A DNA stretch of 64,000 nt. Source: an uncultured Bacteroidales bacterium. Lineage in GTDB: Bacteria > Bacteroidota > Bacteroidia > Bacteroidales > WCHB1-69. The DNA lies in assembly GCA_900315245.1 (NCBI GenBank), contig OMYJ01000009.1:14775-78774 (forward strand), in the 5' to 3' direction. Below are positions 29,473-40,225 of the stretch, one piece after another. The translations under genes and the position numbers were made by a program. The notes beneath the pieces were generated by a model. The model saw only the letters and a list, made by a program, of their open reading frames with translations. It was not told where the DNA came from and did not search any database. How positions within the stretch are numbered: the first letter of the stretch is position 1; every line of letters starts with the position of its first letter.

Positions 29473-31515
29473 ATGAACCCTTTCACCCAAAACTGGACCA
29501 CTTTGCGGCAAACTCCGCCGTTCAATGAAATCAAAACCGAACATTATCTGCCTGCGTTTGAGCAAGCTATCGTTGCCGCGAAGCAGGATATAGAAAACAT
29601 TGTCAATCAGAAAGATGCGCCTGATTTTGAGAATACTGTCGTGGCGTTGGACCGTGCGGGAGAACAACTCGCCACCGTTGCCGATATTTTTTTCAACCTT
29701 TTGGAGTGTATTGGCGATGACGAGATGCAGGCCGTGGCGGAGAAGGTGCAGCCGCTATTGGTGCAGTACGAGAACGAAGTCTATCAACACCCCGGATTAT
29801 TCGCCCGCGTCAAGGCTGTGTATGACCGCCAAAAGCAGGAGGCTTTCCTGACTGGTGCGGACAAGATACTGTTGGACAAGACTTACGACGCTTTCGTGTC
29901 GGGCGGCGCAAATTTGCCGGAGGAGCAGAAAAAGCGTTTCGCCGAATTGAGTTTGGAACTGGCCACCCGACAACTTGACTTCGGGCAGCGTGCGTTGAAA
30001 GCCACCAATGCATGGTTCGTACATCTCGAAAAGGAGTCTCCGCGACTTGCGGGCATTCCCGAAAGTGCTCGCGCCCTCGCCGCACAAAAAGCATCCGAAA
30101 AAGGGTTGGAGGGCTATGTCTTCGACCTTTCCGCGCCCGACGTGAACACGGTGCTGACATACGCCGATGACCGTTCTCTGCGCGAGGAAGTCTATATGCA
30201 TTCCAGCAAGAAGGCATACGGCGGGGAGTTTGACAATTGCGACAATATCAAAGCCATTCTGAAATGCCGTGAAGAGATTGCGCATTTGCTTGGATATAAG
30301 CATTATGCAGACTATGCCTTGCGGAATCGCATGGCGAAAGATTTAGCGCATGTCTATAAACTTCTTGACGAATTGAAAGCCGCCGCCTTGCCCACCGCTA
30401 AACAGGAAATCGAAGAGCTGAGGCAATTTGCTCAAAAACAAGGCTTTAACGATACTTTCCAGCGTTGGGATCTGAGTTATTACATGGAAAAGCTCCGTCA
30501 GGAAAAATTCCAGTTAGAGACCGAGAAATTGAAAGTTTATTTTCCGCTGAATCAGGTAATTGAAGGTGTTTTCGGATTAGCCACCACGCTATATGACCTG
30601 CGTTTTGTAAAAACGAAAGATATTCAGCCGTATCATCCTGATGTTCAAGTATATGAGGTCTATCGCGGCGAACAGTTCATGGCGGTGCTCTATCTCGACT
30701 TCCACCCGCGCAGCACGAAACGCAGCGGTGCATGGATGACGGAGTTCCGCGACCAGCATGAGGACGCCAACGGAAACGACATCCGCCCGTGGGTGAGCCT
30801 GGTGATGAATTTCACCCCGCCGACGAAAGAACAACCAGCCCTGCTGACGGTCAACGAGGTCAACACGTTCCTGCACGAGTTCGGACACGCTTTGAACGGG
30901 ATGCTTTCCGAGGTGAAATACGCCACGCTTTCGGGCACGCACTCGCCCCGCGATTTCGTGGAACTGCCTTCGCAGCTAAACGAGAATTGGCTTACGGAGC
31001 CGGAATTCCTGCGCACTTTCGCCCGCCACTACCAGACCGGCGAGCTAATTCCTGACGAATATGTCGCGCAGCTGAAGAATATGAACAAGTTCATGGCGGG
31101 ATATTTGTGCGTGAGGCAGCTCTCTTTCGGCTATTTAGACATGATGTGGCATACGATGGCTGCCGATGAAGTGGATGACATTCTTCGTTTGGAACGTTCC
31201 ATATTTGACACGGTGGAAGTGCTGCCGGTGGTGCCGGGAGCCTGCATGAGCACCTCCTTCGGCCATCTCTTTTCGGGTGGCTACGCTGCCGGTTATTACG
31301 GCTACAAGTGGGCGGAAATGCTTGAGGCAGACGCTTTTGCATTGTTCAAAGAGAATGGTGTGATGAACCATGATACCGCGCAAAGGTACTTGGAGACCAT
31401 CCTTTCCAAGGGCGGCTCTGTGGATGCCATGGAGATGTTCGTCAATTTCCGCGGCCGCGAACCGAAAATCGATGCATTACTGGAACGTGACGGTTTGTTG
31501 GCTGTTAGCTGTTAG
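29473..31515 (+). CDS. dcp: M3 family metallopeptidase (peptidyl-dipeptidase Dcp-like)
   Basis: KRSGAWM, HEFGH zinc motif, DFVELPSQ, GYYGYKWAE. Confidence 0.92.
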   Translation: MNPFTQNWTTLRQTPPFNEIKTEHYLPAFEQAIVAAKQDIENIVNQKDAPDFENTVVALDRAGEQLATVADIFFNLLECIGDDEMQAVAEKVQPLLVQYENEVYQHPGLFARVKAVYDRQKQEAFLTGADKILLDKTYDAFVSGGANLPEEQKKRFAELSLELATRQLDFGQRALKATNAWFVHLEKESPRLAGIPESARALAAQKASEKGLEGYVFDLSAPDVNTVLTYADDRSLREEVYMHSSKKAYGGEFDNCDNIKAILKCREEIAHLLGYKHYADYALRNRMAKDLAHVYKLLDELKAAALPTAKQEIEELRQFAQKQGFNDTFQRWDLSYYMEKLRQEKFQLETEKLKVYFPLNQVIEGVFGLATTLYDLRFVKTKDIQPYHPDVQVYEVYRGEQFMAVLYLDFHPRSTKRSGAWMTEFRDQHEDANGNDIRPWVSLVMNFTPPTKEQPALLTVNEVNTFLHEFGHALNGMLSEVKYATLSGTHSPRDFVELPSQLNENWLTEPEFLRTFARHYQTGELIPDEYVAQLKNMNKFMAGYLCVRQLSFGYLDMMWHTMAADEVDDILRLERSIFDTVEVLPVVPGACMSTSFGHLFSGGYAAGYYGYKWAEMLEADAFALFKENGVMNHDTAQRYLETILSKGGSVDAMEMFVNFRGREPKIDALLERDGLLAVSC

Positions 31516-31642
31516 CTGTTAGCTTTTGGCTATTGGCTTAAACAATAACTATAACAATAACTATAACTATGACTATAACTATTGCCTGATCACTGATCAC
31601 TTTTGCCTATTGCCTATTGCCTTTTGCCTTTTGCCTTTTGCT
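31501..31642. repeat. Compound array: GCTGTTA-type 7-mers x5, AACTAT-type 6-mers x7, TGATCAC x2, T[AT]TTGCC x6
   Basis: Read directly; includes the dcp stop codon. Confidence 0.9.
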
Positions 31643-31725
31643 TAATCAAGAATAATCAAAAGTATGTCGGGCATTCGTGAATATTGTGTACATTTGCAGC
31701 GGTAAAATAATATTCTTAACTTATT

Positions 31726-32463
31726 ATGAATGAATTTGTTAGAGGTATAAAACGCGGGTTTCCCATCTGTTTGGGCTACATTCCCGTGTCTTTTACCTTT
31801 GGGTTGATAGCGGTTAAGATGGGATTTTCGCCGTTGCAGGCGACCTTGATCTCCCTGACCAACATGGCTTCCGCCGGACAATTTGCCGGAATCCGGCTGA
31901 TTGAGGGCGGAGCTCCCTATATTGAACTGATCATCACCACATTCGTCATCAATCTGCGCTATTTCTTGATGTCGCTGTCGCTATCGCAGAAGGTTAATCC
32001 AGAGATGCCGTTCTACAAGCGGGCGGTCATGGCGTACTGCATCACGGACGAGGTGTTCGCTTTGGCGGCCATGGAGCCCGACGAGGTGAGTTTCCCGTTC
32101 TTTGGCGGCTTAATGATTACTCCCATATTGGGTTGGACCTCAGGCACTTTGTTAGGTGCCATCGCCTCCAACCTGCTCTCTCCGATGATTCAGGGCTGTA
32201 TGGGTATTGCCTTGTACTGCATGTTCATCGCCATCATTATCCCGCCAGCGCGGAAGAGCCGTAAGGTGGCGTTAGCTGTAGTGGTGGCCGCCGCACTCTC
32301 CTGCATCTTCAAGTATGTGCCAGGCATCAACATGTTGTCAAAAGTCGGGGGTGGTGGCTGGGCCATCATCACCTCCGCTATCCTCGGCGCGGCCATCTGC
32401 GCCACCATCAAGGAGGTGAAACGCCGTCGCAGACGCGCCATGGCAGAAAGGAGGACAGCATGA
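31726..32463 (+). CDS. azlC: AzlC family branched-chain amino-acid export permease
   Basis: GYIPVSFTFG, SAGQFAG, INLRYFLMSLSL, ITDEVFA; TACATTTG box at 31689-31696. Confidence 0.9.
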   Translation: MNEFVRGIKRGFPICLGYIPVSFTFGLIAVKMGFSPLQATLISLTNMASAGQFAGIRLIEGGAPYIELIITTFVINLRYFLMSLSLSQKVNPEMPFYKRAVMAYCITDEVFALAAMEPDEVSFPFFGGLMITPILGWTSGTLLGAIASNLLSPMIQGCMGIALYCMFIAIIIPPARKSRKVALAVVVAAALSCIFKYVPGINMLSKVGGGGWAIITSAILGAAICATIKEVKRRRRRAMAERRTA

Positions 32464-32810
32464 GCTACTTAGTCATTTGTATGTTCCTGATGTTCCTGAC
32501 CACCTATCTGATCAGGGTGATTCCCATTGGATTTGTGCGTAAGAAAATGGAGAACGAATGGATCCAGGATTTCATCTACTATATTCCGTTTTGTGTGTTG
32601 TCGGCGATGACCTTCCCTGATGTGCTTTATTCGACCACAGCTACGGGCGTGGAACCGCACATCACGGTTTCCGCTGTTATTGCCACTGCGGTGGCTGTCA
32701 TCATGGCTTGGAGGAAACGCGGCCTTGTGGCAGTGGCACTCGTCGCCGTCTTGGTGGCCATTATCGTGGAGCTGGCAATGCCGGTGCTGATGACGATGAT
32801 GGCACGGTGA
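32460..32810 (+). CDS. azlD: AzlD family membrane protein
   Basis: TYLIRVIP, FIYYIPFCVLSAMTFP; ATGA overlap with azlC. Confidence 0.85.
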   Translation: MSYLVICMFLMFLTTYLIRVIPIGFVRKKMENEWIQDFIYYIPFCVLSAMTFPDVLYSTTATGVEPHITVSAVIATAVAVIMAWRKRGLVAVALVAVLVAIIVELAMPVLMTMMAR

Positions 32811-32835
32811 GACGGTGAGGCGATGAGACGATGAA
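32804..32835. repeat. Octamer array ACG[GA]TGAG-type x4
   Basis: Read directly; fills the gap between convergent stops. A decayed reverse-complement copy lies at about 16773-16802. Confidence 0.75.
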
Positions 32836-33417
32836 TCAGCAGAGATAATACACAACAAAACCAACCACGCCTGCCAGTACAATCAGCAGGATGGGGTTGG
32901 TTTTCCATTTCAGGGAGGCGAGGAAAGCGGTAGTAAAAAGCCCGATGCTGAGGACGAACTGCAACGGATTTTCCGCATAGGAGCCGAAAGTTTCCGTATT
33001 GACCAACAACACGGCGGCAGCGGCAATCAGTCCGATGACCGTCAGCTTCAGCACCGACATCACGGTCTTAACCACAGGATGGTCCTTGTATTTCAACAGG
33101 AAACGACTGACAATCAGCATCAGTAGGAATGGCAGCAAAATCACGGAGAAGGAGGCCAAGAACGCGCCCGCCACGCCCCAAATCGGGTCGTAACCCGCGT
33201 TAACCACAGAAGTGTAGCCCGCGTAGGTGGCCACGTTGATGCCGATGGGTCCCGGGGTGATTTGGCTGGTGGCCACAATGTCAGTAAATTCGGCCATCGT
33301 CATCCAGCCGTTCTTCTCCACCACCTCGTTCTGGATGAGGGCGATCATGGCATAGCCGCCCCCGAAGTTGAAGATGCCGATTTTACAGAACGTATAGAAC
33401 AGTTTCCAGAAAATCAT
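32836..33417 (-). CDS. chrA: Short-chain chromate transporter (CHR family), subunit 2
   Basis: FGGGYAM, SQITPGPIGINVATY. Confidence 0.9.
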   Translation of the reverse strand: MIFWKLFYTFCKIGIFNFGGGYAMIALIQNEVVEKNGWMTMAEFTDIVATSQITPGPIGINVATYAGYTSVVNAGYDPIWGVAGAFLASFSVILLPFLLMLIVSRFLLKYKDHPVVKTVMSVLKLTVIGLIAAAAVLLVNTETFGSYAENPLQFVLSIGLFTTAFLASLKWKTNPILLIVLAGVVGFVVYYLC

Positions 33418-33965
33418 GGCTGCACCTCCTTCTTTTCCAGATATTTACCATAAACAAAACCGCCAATGCCAGCCACTAAAATCACCCAAATCGGGGAAAT
33501 TCCGAGCAGCCATATCAGGAGGGTGGCGACCACGGGAATCCAGAAATTGTAACGGGAGATTTTCGCGGTTTTGGCCATGCGGAACACCGGTGCGGCGATA
33601 AGCGCGACCACAACAGGACGCACGCCCTTGAAGACAGCCTCCACGACTGCATTTCCTTGCAAATAGTGTAAACCCATCGCGAGAGCGAGAATGATCAGAA
33701 TCGGCACCAGAATGTTGCCGACCAAGGAGAATATCGCTCCCGGCACGCCACGCATCCGCCATCCCACATGCACAGCCATGTTCGCGGCGAAAATCCCCGG
33801 CATCGTCTGCGACAGGGCGATGATGTCCATGAACTCTTCGTTCGTCAGCCAGTGATGACGGTCCACCAACTCCTTCTCCATCAGCGGAATCATCGCGTAA
33901 CCTCCACCGAGCGTGAAAGTTCCTATCTTGAAAAAAGACCAGAAAAGCTGCAACAACGAGACCAT
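33414..33965 (-). CDS. chrA: Short-chain chromate transporter (CHR family), subunit 1
   Basis: FFKIGTFTLGGGYAMIP, SQTMPG; promoter box at 33987-33994. Confidence 0.9.
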   Translation of the reverse strand: MVSLLQLFWSFFKIGTFTLGGGYAMIPLMEKELVDRHHWLTNEEFMDIIALSQTMPGIFAANMAVHVGWRMRGVPGAIFSLVGNILVPILIILALAMGLHYLQGNAVVEAVFKGVRPVVVALIAAPVFRMAKTAKISRYNFWIPVVATLLIWLLGISPIWVILVAGIGGFVYGKYLEKKEVQP

Positions 33966-34011
33966 TACTCTTCTTCATTTGCGCGGCAAAGATACGATTT
34001 CCTGTGGAATC

Positions 34012-34039
34012 GTGGAGACGTGCAATGAAGCGTCTCTAC
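34012..34039. repeat. Degenerate REP palindrome GTGGAGACG...CGTCTCTAC
   Basis: Same arms as the other copies; lies between divergent promoter boxes (33987-33994 and 34119-34126). Confidence 0.7.
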
Positions 34040-34161
34040 AGATGCGTTATTATGGTCGTTTTGGCAAATGCGTATCGTTTTCGCTCCAGCAGAATAGTGA
34101 AGCGATACAAAAAATTCGTACCTTTGCGCCATTGTTTGTGCGAATTTATAAAACATTGAAT

Positions 34162-36294
34162 ATGAAAAGAATTACCTTGTTATTAAGCATCCTTTCCCTG
34201 ATGCTTTTGGTTCCCGTTTTCGGTCAGACCATCGATTTCACCAAACGCTACATCATCGACAACATCCGTGGCATCGCGTGGCAACCAGGCACCGACATGT
34301 ATTCCTATATAGATGATGACAGGAATCTGATGCTGGTGAATCCCAAAAACGGCAAAGAAACCGTGTTTCTCGCTGCTGCATCGCAAAAAGCGCATGAAAT
34401 TTCCAGCCCTTACGGTTACGAGTGGCTTGACGCCAATACCCTTTATTTCCCCAGTGACCACAAAACCGTGAACGTGGTGAAAGGCAAAATCACCACCGCT
34501 GAGTTCGACAAGGTGGATTGGGACGATGTGATCGACCAAGATGTCAAGAACAAGGTGTTCGTCACCAAGAACGACAAAGGAGTCTTCGTGGAGAGCGCGT
34601 TGAACGGCTACAAGCCGGTGCTGCTCTGTCCCGACACGGGCAAGAACATCGTTTTCGGCGAGTCGGTACACCGCAGTGAGTGGGGCATCAACGAAGGACA
34701 GTACATCTCCCCGAACGGCAACTTCATCGCCTTCTACCGCATGGACGAGAGCATGGTGGAGGATTACCCACTCGTGAACACAGGCACGCCCATCGCGACG
34801 GTCGAGAACATCAAGTACCCGATGGCCGGCCGCACCTCCCACGTGGTGACCCTCGGTATCTTCGACGTGGCCAAATCCGCTGAGAAAGGTGCTCCTGTAT
34901 ACCATTATATCCAAACCGACAAAGCCGACGGAGAATTCCTGACCAACGTCACTTTCTCCCCCGACGAAAAATACATCTACATTTCGCACCTCAACCGCGA
35001 ACAGAACCACGCCAAACTGATTCAATACGATCTGCAAACCGGTAAGAAACTGTCCACCCTCATTGAAGAGCGTGATAACCGTTACGTGGAACCGACTCAG
35101 CGCATGATATTCATGAAAAACGGCGATTTCCTCTGGTTCAGCGACCGCGACGGCTGGAACCATCTTTATTGGTACAGCGCTGATATGAAATTTTTTAAGA
35201 AGGTGGTGGATGGTAATTTTGACATTATCGAGTACTACGGCATGGACAAAGACGAGAAAAATATCTATTTTACGGCGTCTTTGGAAAAGCCTGTGAATCA
35301 ATACGTTTGTAAAGTAAATCTCAATACGGGCATCGGCAAAAACACGCTTACTTGTCTGGCCCACGCGGATGGTGTTCATCGCCCCGTCTTCAGCGAATCA
35401 AAAAACTATTTCATCGACTATTTCAGCAATCCGACCACGCCTCGCACTATCTCTCTGGTAGATAATAAAGGTAAGACACTCAAGACGTTACTTACAGCGA
35501 AAAGCCCATTTGGTGTGATGAAGTTGGGCGATACCCAAATTTTCCCCATCGTGAACAAGGAGGGCGATTCACTCTGGTGTCGCATGATCACGCCTCCAAA
35601 CATGGACAAGAGCAAAAAATACCCTGTGTTTATGTACGTTTACGGCGGTCCGCATTCACAATTGGTGACCAACCAGTACCTCTCTGGCGGACTTTTCCTC
35701 GAATTTATGGCGCAACAGGGCTACATCGTCTTCACGTTGGATAACCGAGGCACGGACAATCGTGGTGCGGAATTCGAAAAGTGCATTCACCGCAACCTCG
35801 GCGTGCGCGAGGTGGAAGACCAGATGTGTGGCGTAGAATATTTGAAATCACTGCCTTACGTGGATGCCAACCGCATCGGTTTGGATGGCTGGAGCTACGG
35901 CGGTTTCATGGTGTTGTCGCTGATTACTGCGCATCCCGATGTCTTCAAGGCGGCTTCCTGTGGCGGTCCAGTGGTCAACTGGGAATGGTACGAGGTGATG
36001 TACGGCGAGCGCTACATGGACACCCCGCAAGAAAACCCGTCAGGCTACGAGAACGCCAACATCATCCCGAAAATCAAGAACGTAAAATGTCCTTTGCTGG
36101 TGATGCACGGCGCGCAGGACCACACGGTAGTGCAACAGCACACGTTGGAGCTGCTCCGCCAGGCGGTCAGCGATGACATCGAGCTCGAATACTTCGTCTA
36201 TACCGTCCACGACCACAACGTCATCGGACCCGAGCGCAGACACCTCTACAACAAACTGCTGCGTTTCCACAACCAGAACACCAAGGGCGAATGA
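34162..36294 (+). CDS. S9B dipeptidyl-peptidase IV / prolyl tripeptidyl peptidase family
   Basis: DPPIV_N propeller, VYGGPHSQ, GWSYGG catalytic Ser, YGERYMDTP; signal peptide MKRITLLLS. Confidence 0.9.
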   Translation: MKRITLLLSILSLMLLVPVFGQTIDFTKRYIIDNIRGIAWQPGTDMYSYIDDDRNLMLVNPKNGKETVFLAAASQKAHEISSPYGYEWLDANTLYFPSDHKTVNVVKGKITTAEFDKVDWDDVIDQDVKNKVFVTKNDKGVFVESALNGYKPVLLCPDTGKNIVFGESVHRSEWGINEGQYISPNGNFIAFYRMDESMVEDYPLVNTGTPIATVENIKYPMAGRTSHVVTLGIFDVAKSAEKGAPVYHYIQTDKADGEFLTNVTFSPDEKYIYISHLNREQNHAKLIQYDLQTGKKLSTLIEERDNRYVEPTQRMIFMKNGDFLWFSDRDGWNHLYWYSADMKFFKKVVDGNFDIIEYYGMDKDEKNIYFTASLEKPVNQYVCKVNLNTGIGKNTLTCLAHADGVHRPVFSESKNYFIDYFSNPTTPRTISLVDNKGKTLKTLLTAKSPFGVMKLGDTQIFPIVNKEGDSLWCRMITPPNMDKSKKYPVFMYVYGGPHSQLVTNQYLSGGLFLEFMAQQGYIVFTLDNRGTDNRGAEFEKCIHRNLGVREVEDQMCGVEYLKSLPYVDANRIGLDGWSYGGFMVLSLITAHPDVFKAASCGGPVVNWEWYEVMYGERYMDTPQENPSGYENANIIPKIKNVKCPLLVMHGAQDHTVVQQHTLELLRQAVSDDIELEYFVYTVHDHNVIGPERRHLYNKLLRFHNQNTKGE

Positions 36295-36863
36295 AACGAC
36301 TGTTTATAGCCACACCGATAATCACGCTTTCGGCGGAGATCCAAAAAATCTCTGCCGATTTGCGTTTTCGTCTGCGCCACGACGACGTCGTTTGGGTGAA
36401 GGGGGAGGTGCAGCATCTGACAATGCGGTTTTTGGGTGCGACCCCTCCGCAGCTTGAGGCCGGCACACGAAGGGCGCTTGCGGACGCGTGTGCCAATCAC
36501 GCACCATTCACACTAACAATCAACAAGATAGGAGTCTTCGGCAGTCATTATCATCCGAAGGTGCTATGGCTGGGATTCGACCATTTCGAGCCATTCAAGG
36601 CTGTGTTCGAGGATTTGGAACCGAGGTTGCAATCACTTGGTTTTGAACCGAACAATGGCAATTTCGTGCCTCACATCACACTGGGCCGAATCAAAAACCT
36701 GCATTCCAAAGACAAATTCTGGGAAAGTGTTGAAGCGGTGCAACAGCAGCCGTTCGCGCAGGAGTTGCAAATCTCATCGCTTAATTTGTATCAGAGTTTT
36801 TTGCATAAAGAAGGACCTGAATATAAGGTGATCAGTTCGGCACGTCTAACAAATAAAATTTAG
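36291..36863 (+). CDS. thpR: RNA 2',3'-cyclic phosphodiesterase (2H phosphoesterase)
   Basis: KRLFIA, two HxT motifs (HLT, PHIT). Confidence 0.88.
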   Translation: MKRLFIATPIITLSAEIQKISADLRFRLRHDDVVWVKGEVQHLTMRFLGATPPQLEAGTRRALADACANHAPFTLTINKIGVFGSHYHPKVLWLGFDHFEPFKAVFEDLEPRLQSLGFEPNNGNFVPHITLGRIKNLHSKDKFWESVEAVQQQPFAQELQISSLNLYQSFLHKEGPEYKVISSARLTNKI

Positions 36864-36870
36864 AAACATC

Positions 36871-36896
36871 AGCCAACAGCCAATAGCTAAAAGCCA
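36871..36896. repeat. Heptamer array AGCCAAC/AGCCAAT/AGCTAAA (reverse complement of the GCTGTTA family)
   Basis: Read directly, between convergent genes. Confidence 0.7.
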
Positions 36897-36899
36897 GCC

Positions 36900-37967
36900 C
36901 TACTCCTTCGGAGCAACGGAGGCATTCTCCGCGTGTTTGTGGCGTTTCTGGCGTTGTTGCCAGCGCTCGCGGGCGTACTGTTGCATATCCGAGACCTCAT
37001 CGCTCTCGTCAATGATTTCCAACCCGAAGACCGTTTCTATGATGTCTTCCATCGTCAAGATTCCCTGGAAGCAACCGTACTCGTCAATAATCAGCGCAAT
37101 TTGCGACTTCTGCTTCAGCATGGAATCCCAGATGTCACTGATGGACTTGTCTTCGCTGAAGAAAGGCATCTCGCGTTTTATCTCGCCCAAGGTCATGTTG
37201 AACTTGTCCTCGGCAAGGTTCTCCAACGCATCGTCTCGGAGCACGTAGCCGGTAATGTATTCGGGTGACTCGGCATATACGGGGATTCTGGAGAAGTGAT
37301 CGTACTTGTCATCGTCGTAATACTCGCGCAGGGTCATGCTTTCCGGCGCCGTGGAGGCCACCACGCGGGGCGTCATCACCTCCTTCGCCTTCACATTGTC
37401 TAACTTGATGATATTTTGGATGATCTTATTCTCGTCTTTTTCGATGACGCCTTCCTCCTCGCCCACGTTGGCGATGGCGAGCACCTCTTCGCGGCTCACC
37501 ACGGCATCCTGTTCCTTCTTGGTTATCAGATGGCTCACCAGCTCGACCAGTTTCACGAACGGGAACATCAGCACAATCAGCACACGGATGGTCTTGCATG
37601 TAAAGCCCATCAGACTCTTCCAGCGGGTTGTCCCGATGGTTTTAGGGATGATTTCGGCAAAAATGAGGATGAGGATAGTAGTGATGGCGGAGACAAGGCC
37701 GAACCAACGGCTTCCGAACAGAAGGGTGGCCTGCTGGCCCACGCCGGCCGCACCGATGGTGTTGGCAATGGTGTTCAGCGACAGAATGGCCGCCAGGGGA
37801 CGCTCCGTGTCCGTCTTGTACTGCTTGAACAACGTGGCGGGCTTGTACCCTTCCTCCTCGCGCATCAGAATGTATGAAATCGGTGTGGACAGCAGACTCG
37901 ACTCCAGTGTGGAGCAGAGAAAAGAGATGGCCATCGCGCCCAATAAGAAGACTAATAATAAGGTCAT
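36900..37967 (-). CDS. Hemolysin-family CNNM/CBS-domain protein (CorB/TlyC-like)
   Basis: SFLCSTLESSLLS, AEIIPKT, VMTPR, FSRIPVY, DEYG. Confidence 0.88.
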   Translation of the reverse strand: MTLLLVFLLGAMAISFLCSTLESSLLSTPISYILMREEEGYKPATLFKQYKTDTERPLAAILSLNTIANTIGAAGVGQQATLLFGSRWFGLVSAITTILILIFAEIIPKTIGTTRWKSLMGFTCKTIRVLIVLMFPFVKLVELVSHLITKKEQDAVVSREEVLAIANVGEEEGVIEKDENKIIQNIIKLDNVKAKEVMTPRVVASTAPESMTLREYYDDDKYDHFSRIPVYAESPEYITGYVLRDDALENLAEDKFNMTLGEIKREMPFFSEDKSISDIWDSMLKQKSQIALIIDEYGCFQGILTMEDIIETVFGLEIIDESDEVSDMQQYARERWQQRQKRHKHAENASVAPKE

Positions 37968-38041
37968 TATGGTTTTTAAAAAATCGGGGCAAAAATACGA
38001 AAAATGTACATTGCCAAGAGGTTCATTTATAATATTTTTGA

Positions 38042-38096
38042 GCTGTTGGCTGTTAGCTGTTGGCCTTGGCTTTTAGCCATTAGCTTTTGGCTATTT
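38042..38096. repeat. Heptamer array GCTGTT[AG]/GCTTTT[AG], about 8 units
   Basis: Read directly, downstream of the tRNA-Gly terminator. Confidence 0.85.
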
Positions 38097-38104
38097 GGCG
38101 GTAT

Positions 38105-38133
38105 AAACAAAAAGAGACGCAATTAGCGTCTCT
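38105..38133 (-). terminator. Terminator of tRNA-Gly
   Basis: AGAGACGC-aatta-GCGTCTCT hairpin followed by TTTTTGTTT on the minus strand. Confidence 0.7.
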
Positions 38134-38141
38134 ATGGATTG

Positions 38142-38214
38142 AGCGGAAAACGAGACTCGAACTCGCGACCCCAACCTTGGCAAGGTTGTGCTCTACCAAC
38201 TGAGCTACTTCCGC
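38142..38214 (-). tRNA. tRNA-Gly(GCC)
   Basis: GCGGAAGTAGCTCAGTTGGTAGAGCACAACCTTGCCAAGGTTGGGGTCGCGAGTTCGAGTCTCGTTTTCCGCT; 73-nt cloverleaf, CCA not encoded. Confidence 0.96.
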
Positions 38215-38328
38215 TTGGGAAATCGGCGGCAAAAATACATTTTTTTTGATATGGTACGACATTTTAAGAAATTTTTTTTTGATGTCGTTTGTCGGTATTT
38301 TTTTTATCTTTGGCGGCTCAAATTTTAA

Positions 38329-39861
<1,533 letters not shown>

Positions 39862-39867
39862 CGGACT

Positions 39868-40104
39868 ATGAAATTAGAGATCATCACCCCCAGCAGCACC
39901 CTGTTCTCCGGCGATGTCACGCTGGTGCAGCTTCCTGGCATTGATGGGTTGTTTGAGATTCTGAAATCGCATGCCCCGCTGGTTTCCGCCTTGAAGGAAG
40001 GCCGCGTGAAAGTGGAGGATGCTCAGGGCCAAACGCAATATTTCGATATCCGCGGTGGCGTGGTCGAAGTCAGCCACGACAAAATCCTGTTGCTGGCGGA
40101 ATAG
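39868..40104 (+). CDS. atpC: F1F0 ATP synthase epsilon subunit (short form)
   Basis: LEIITP, LPGIDG.FEILKSHAPLVS; follows atpD. Confidence 0.92.
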   Translation: MKLEIITPSSTLFSGDVTLVQLPGIDGLFEILKSHAPLVSALKEGRVKVEDAQGQTQYFDIRGGVVEVSHDKILLLAE

Positions 40105-40148
40105 AGAAATCCTCAACCTGCCATCCTGAATAATGCCAGTACAACTCT

Positions 40149-40182
40149 ATACAGAATTGCATCTACATTCGTAATTCTGTAT
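40149..40182. terminator. Hairpin after atpC, possible terminator
   Basis: ATACAGAATTGC-10 nt-GTAATTCTGTAT; no clear U-tract. Confidence 0.45.
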
Positions 40183-40225
40183 TCTACATTATTTCGTATC
40201 TTTGCCACGAAAATATTTTGCGATT

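Noticed and set aside
31501-31642. Possible CRISPR array
   Set aside because: Units are 6-7 nt with no unique spacers; no 23-47-nt repeat/spacer structure or cas genes anywhere in the window.
33913-34161. N-terminal extension of the S9 peptidase containing a REP-derived peptide (VETCNEASL)
   Set aside because: Lies upstream of the promoter box at 34119-34126 and overlaps the divergent chrA; the true start is the signal peptide at 34162, so this REP is intergenic.
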